Assembly (NCBI GenBank): GCA_013265495.1
Contig: MU057651.1
Location: 2,706,948 to 2,770,947 of the forward strand
Direction: 5' to 3'
DNA from: Vicugna vicugna
Lineage: Eukaryota
DNA length: 64,000 nucleotides
Shown here: piece by piece, positions 63,320-64,000 of the stretch
Layout of the letters: each line of letters opens with the position of its first letter
How positions within the stretch are numbered: the stretch's first letter is position 1
Made by a program: the position numbers and the translations under genes
Notes under the pieces: generated by a model
What the model saw: the letters and a program-made list of their open reading frames with translations, nothing else
Told to the model about the DNA's origin: nothing
Databases searched by the model: none

Positions 63320-63700
63320 TCTAATTTATTTCAGACATTGTGTTTTCCCATTTAAGAATTTCCATCTGGCTCTTGTTTATAGTTTTGATTAATCTCATAT
63401 TTTCCCACTTTTTTTCATTCCTTATAAGCACATTTTTCATTCTGTCATTAAGCATAATTATAAACAGCAGTAACATTTTTGGCTGTCACTTCCAACACCT
63501 GGGGCATCTCCACGTTGTCTTCTGTTGACTGCTTTTGTTTTCTTTGGGAACAGGTCACATTTTCTTGGTTCGTCACATGCTGAATAATTTTGGCTCATAT
63601 CCTAGACATTGTGAATGTTATTCTTGCGAGTGCTGGATTCACTTATGTTCCTGCGAAGAGTGTTAATTTTTTTGTTTCAGGAGGCAATAAGCTGAATGGA
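63320..63700 (-). mobile_element. Old L1 (ORF1-region) antisense remnant
   Basis: T-rich, ttcagacattgtgttttcccatttaagaatttccatctggctc...ctagacattgtgaatgtta. Confidence 0.5.
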
Positions 63701-64000
63701 CCGACAATGCAAATTTTGACTCTTGGTTGGCAATTTATGTTCTTTCACCCTTCGCTGCTTGGCGCCCATCCCTCACGTGCATGATTCCACCAGCCAAAGA
63801 CTTGGGCAGAATTTATCCACACACTTCGTGGCTCTCTGGCTCTCTCCTTTTTTTGGATTCTTCCTTTACTTTTCAGAGGCTGGTGGTTATCTCGAATTCT
63901 GGTCCTGGTTTTTCAGGCCAGGAAGACTGGGGATCGTGGATTACTTCCTTGAGTCTACATATAATCTACTGATACATATTAATTTTCTAGTGCTGCGTGA

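Noticed and set aside
58520..64000. Next upstream COBL exon (GCLTTPNSPS...KKRRAPPPP)
   Set aside because: It was not found in this interval and presumably lies beyond the window edge.

Overview
This is mammalian genomic DNA, almost certainly camelid, since it carries about 12 copies of the tRNA-derived vic-1-type SINE plus artiodactyl-type L1 3' ends. It holds the 3' two-thirds of COBL (cordon-bleu WH2 actin nucleator) on the minus strand. Eight coding exons were reconstructed with canonical GT-AG junctions and consistent phases: 58436-58298, 54707-54540 (cassette), 29529-29220, 21842-21751, 20703-19013, 18164-18045, 17421-17149 and 14316-14299. They total 2811 nt, i.e. 936 aa plus stop. A ~1.2 kb 3'UTR ends near AATAAA at 13090-13085. 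The 5' exons lie beyond the right edge. The rest is GC/CpG-rich intron and 3' flank with L1, L2, MIR, MaLR/ERV LTR fragments, two minisatellites and a 78-N gap. I see no evidence of a wholly new multi-gene system. The most interesting signals are: a 22-bp VNTR made of splice-site mimics just upstream of the cassette exon; phase-0 introns splitting every WH2 LRK|V motif; apparent homogenisation of WH2-C toward WH2-B; an apparent lineage-specific shortening of the large exon; GC-biased evolution; an orphan CpG promoter-like element downstream; and clustered miR-96/182/23 seed sites. Comparisons to human and mouse COBL are from memory and need alignment.
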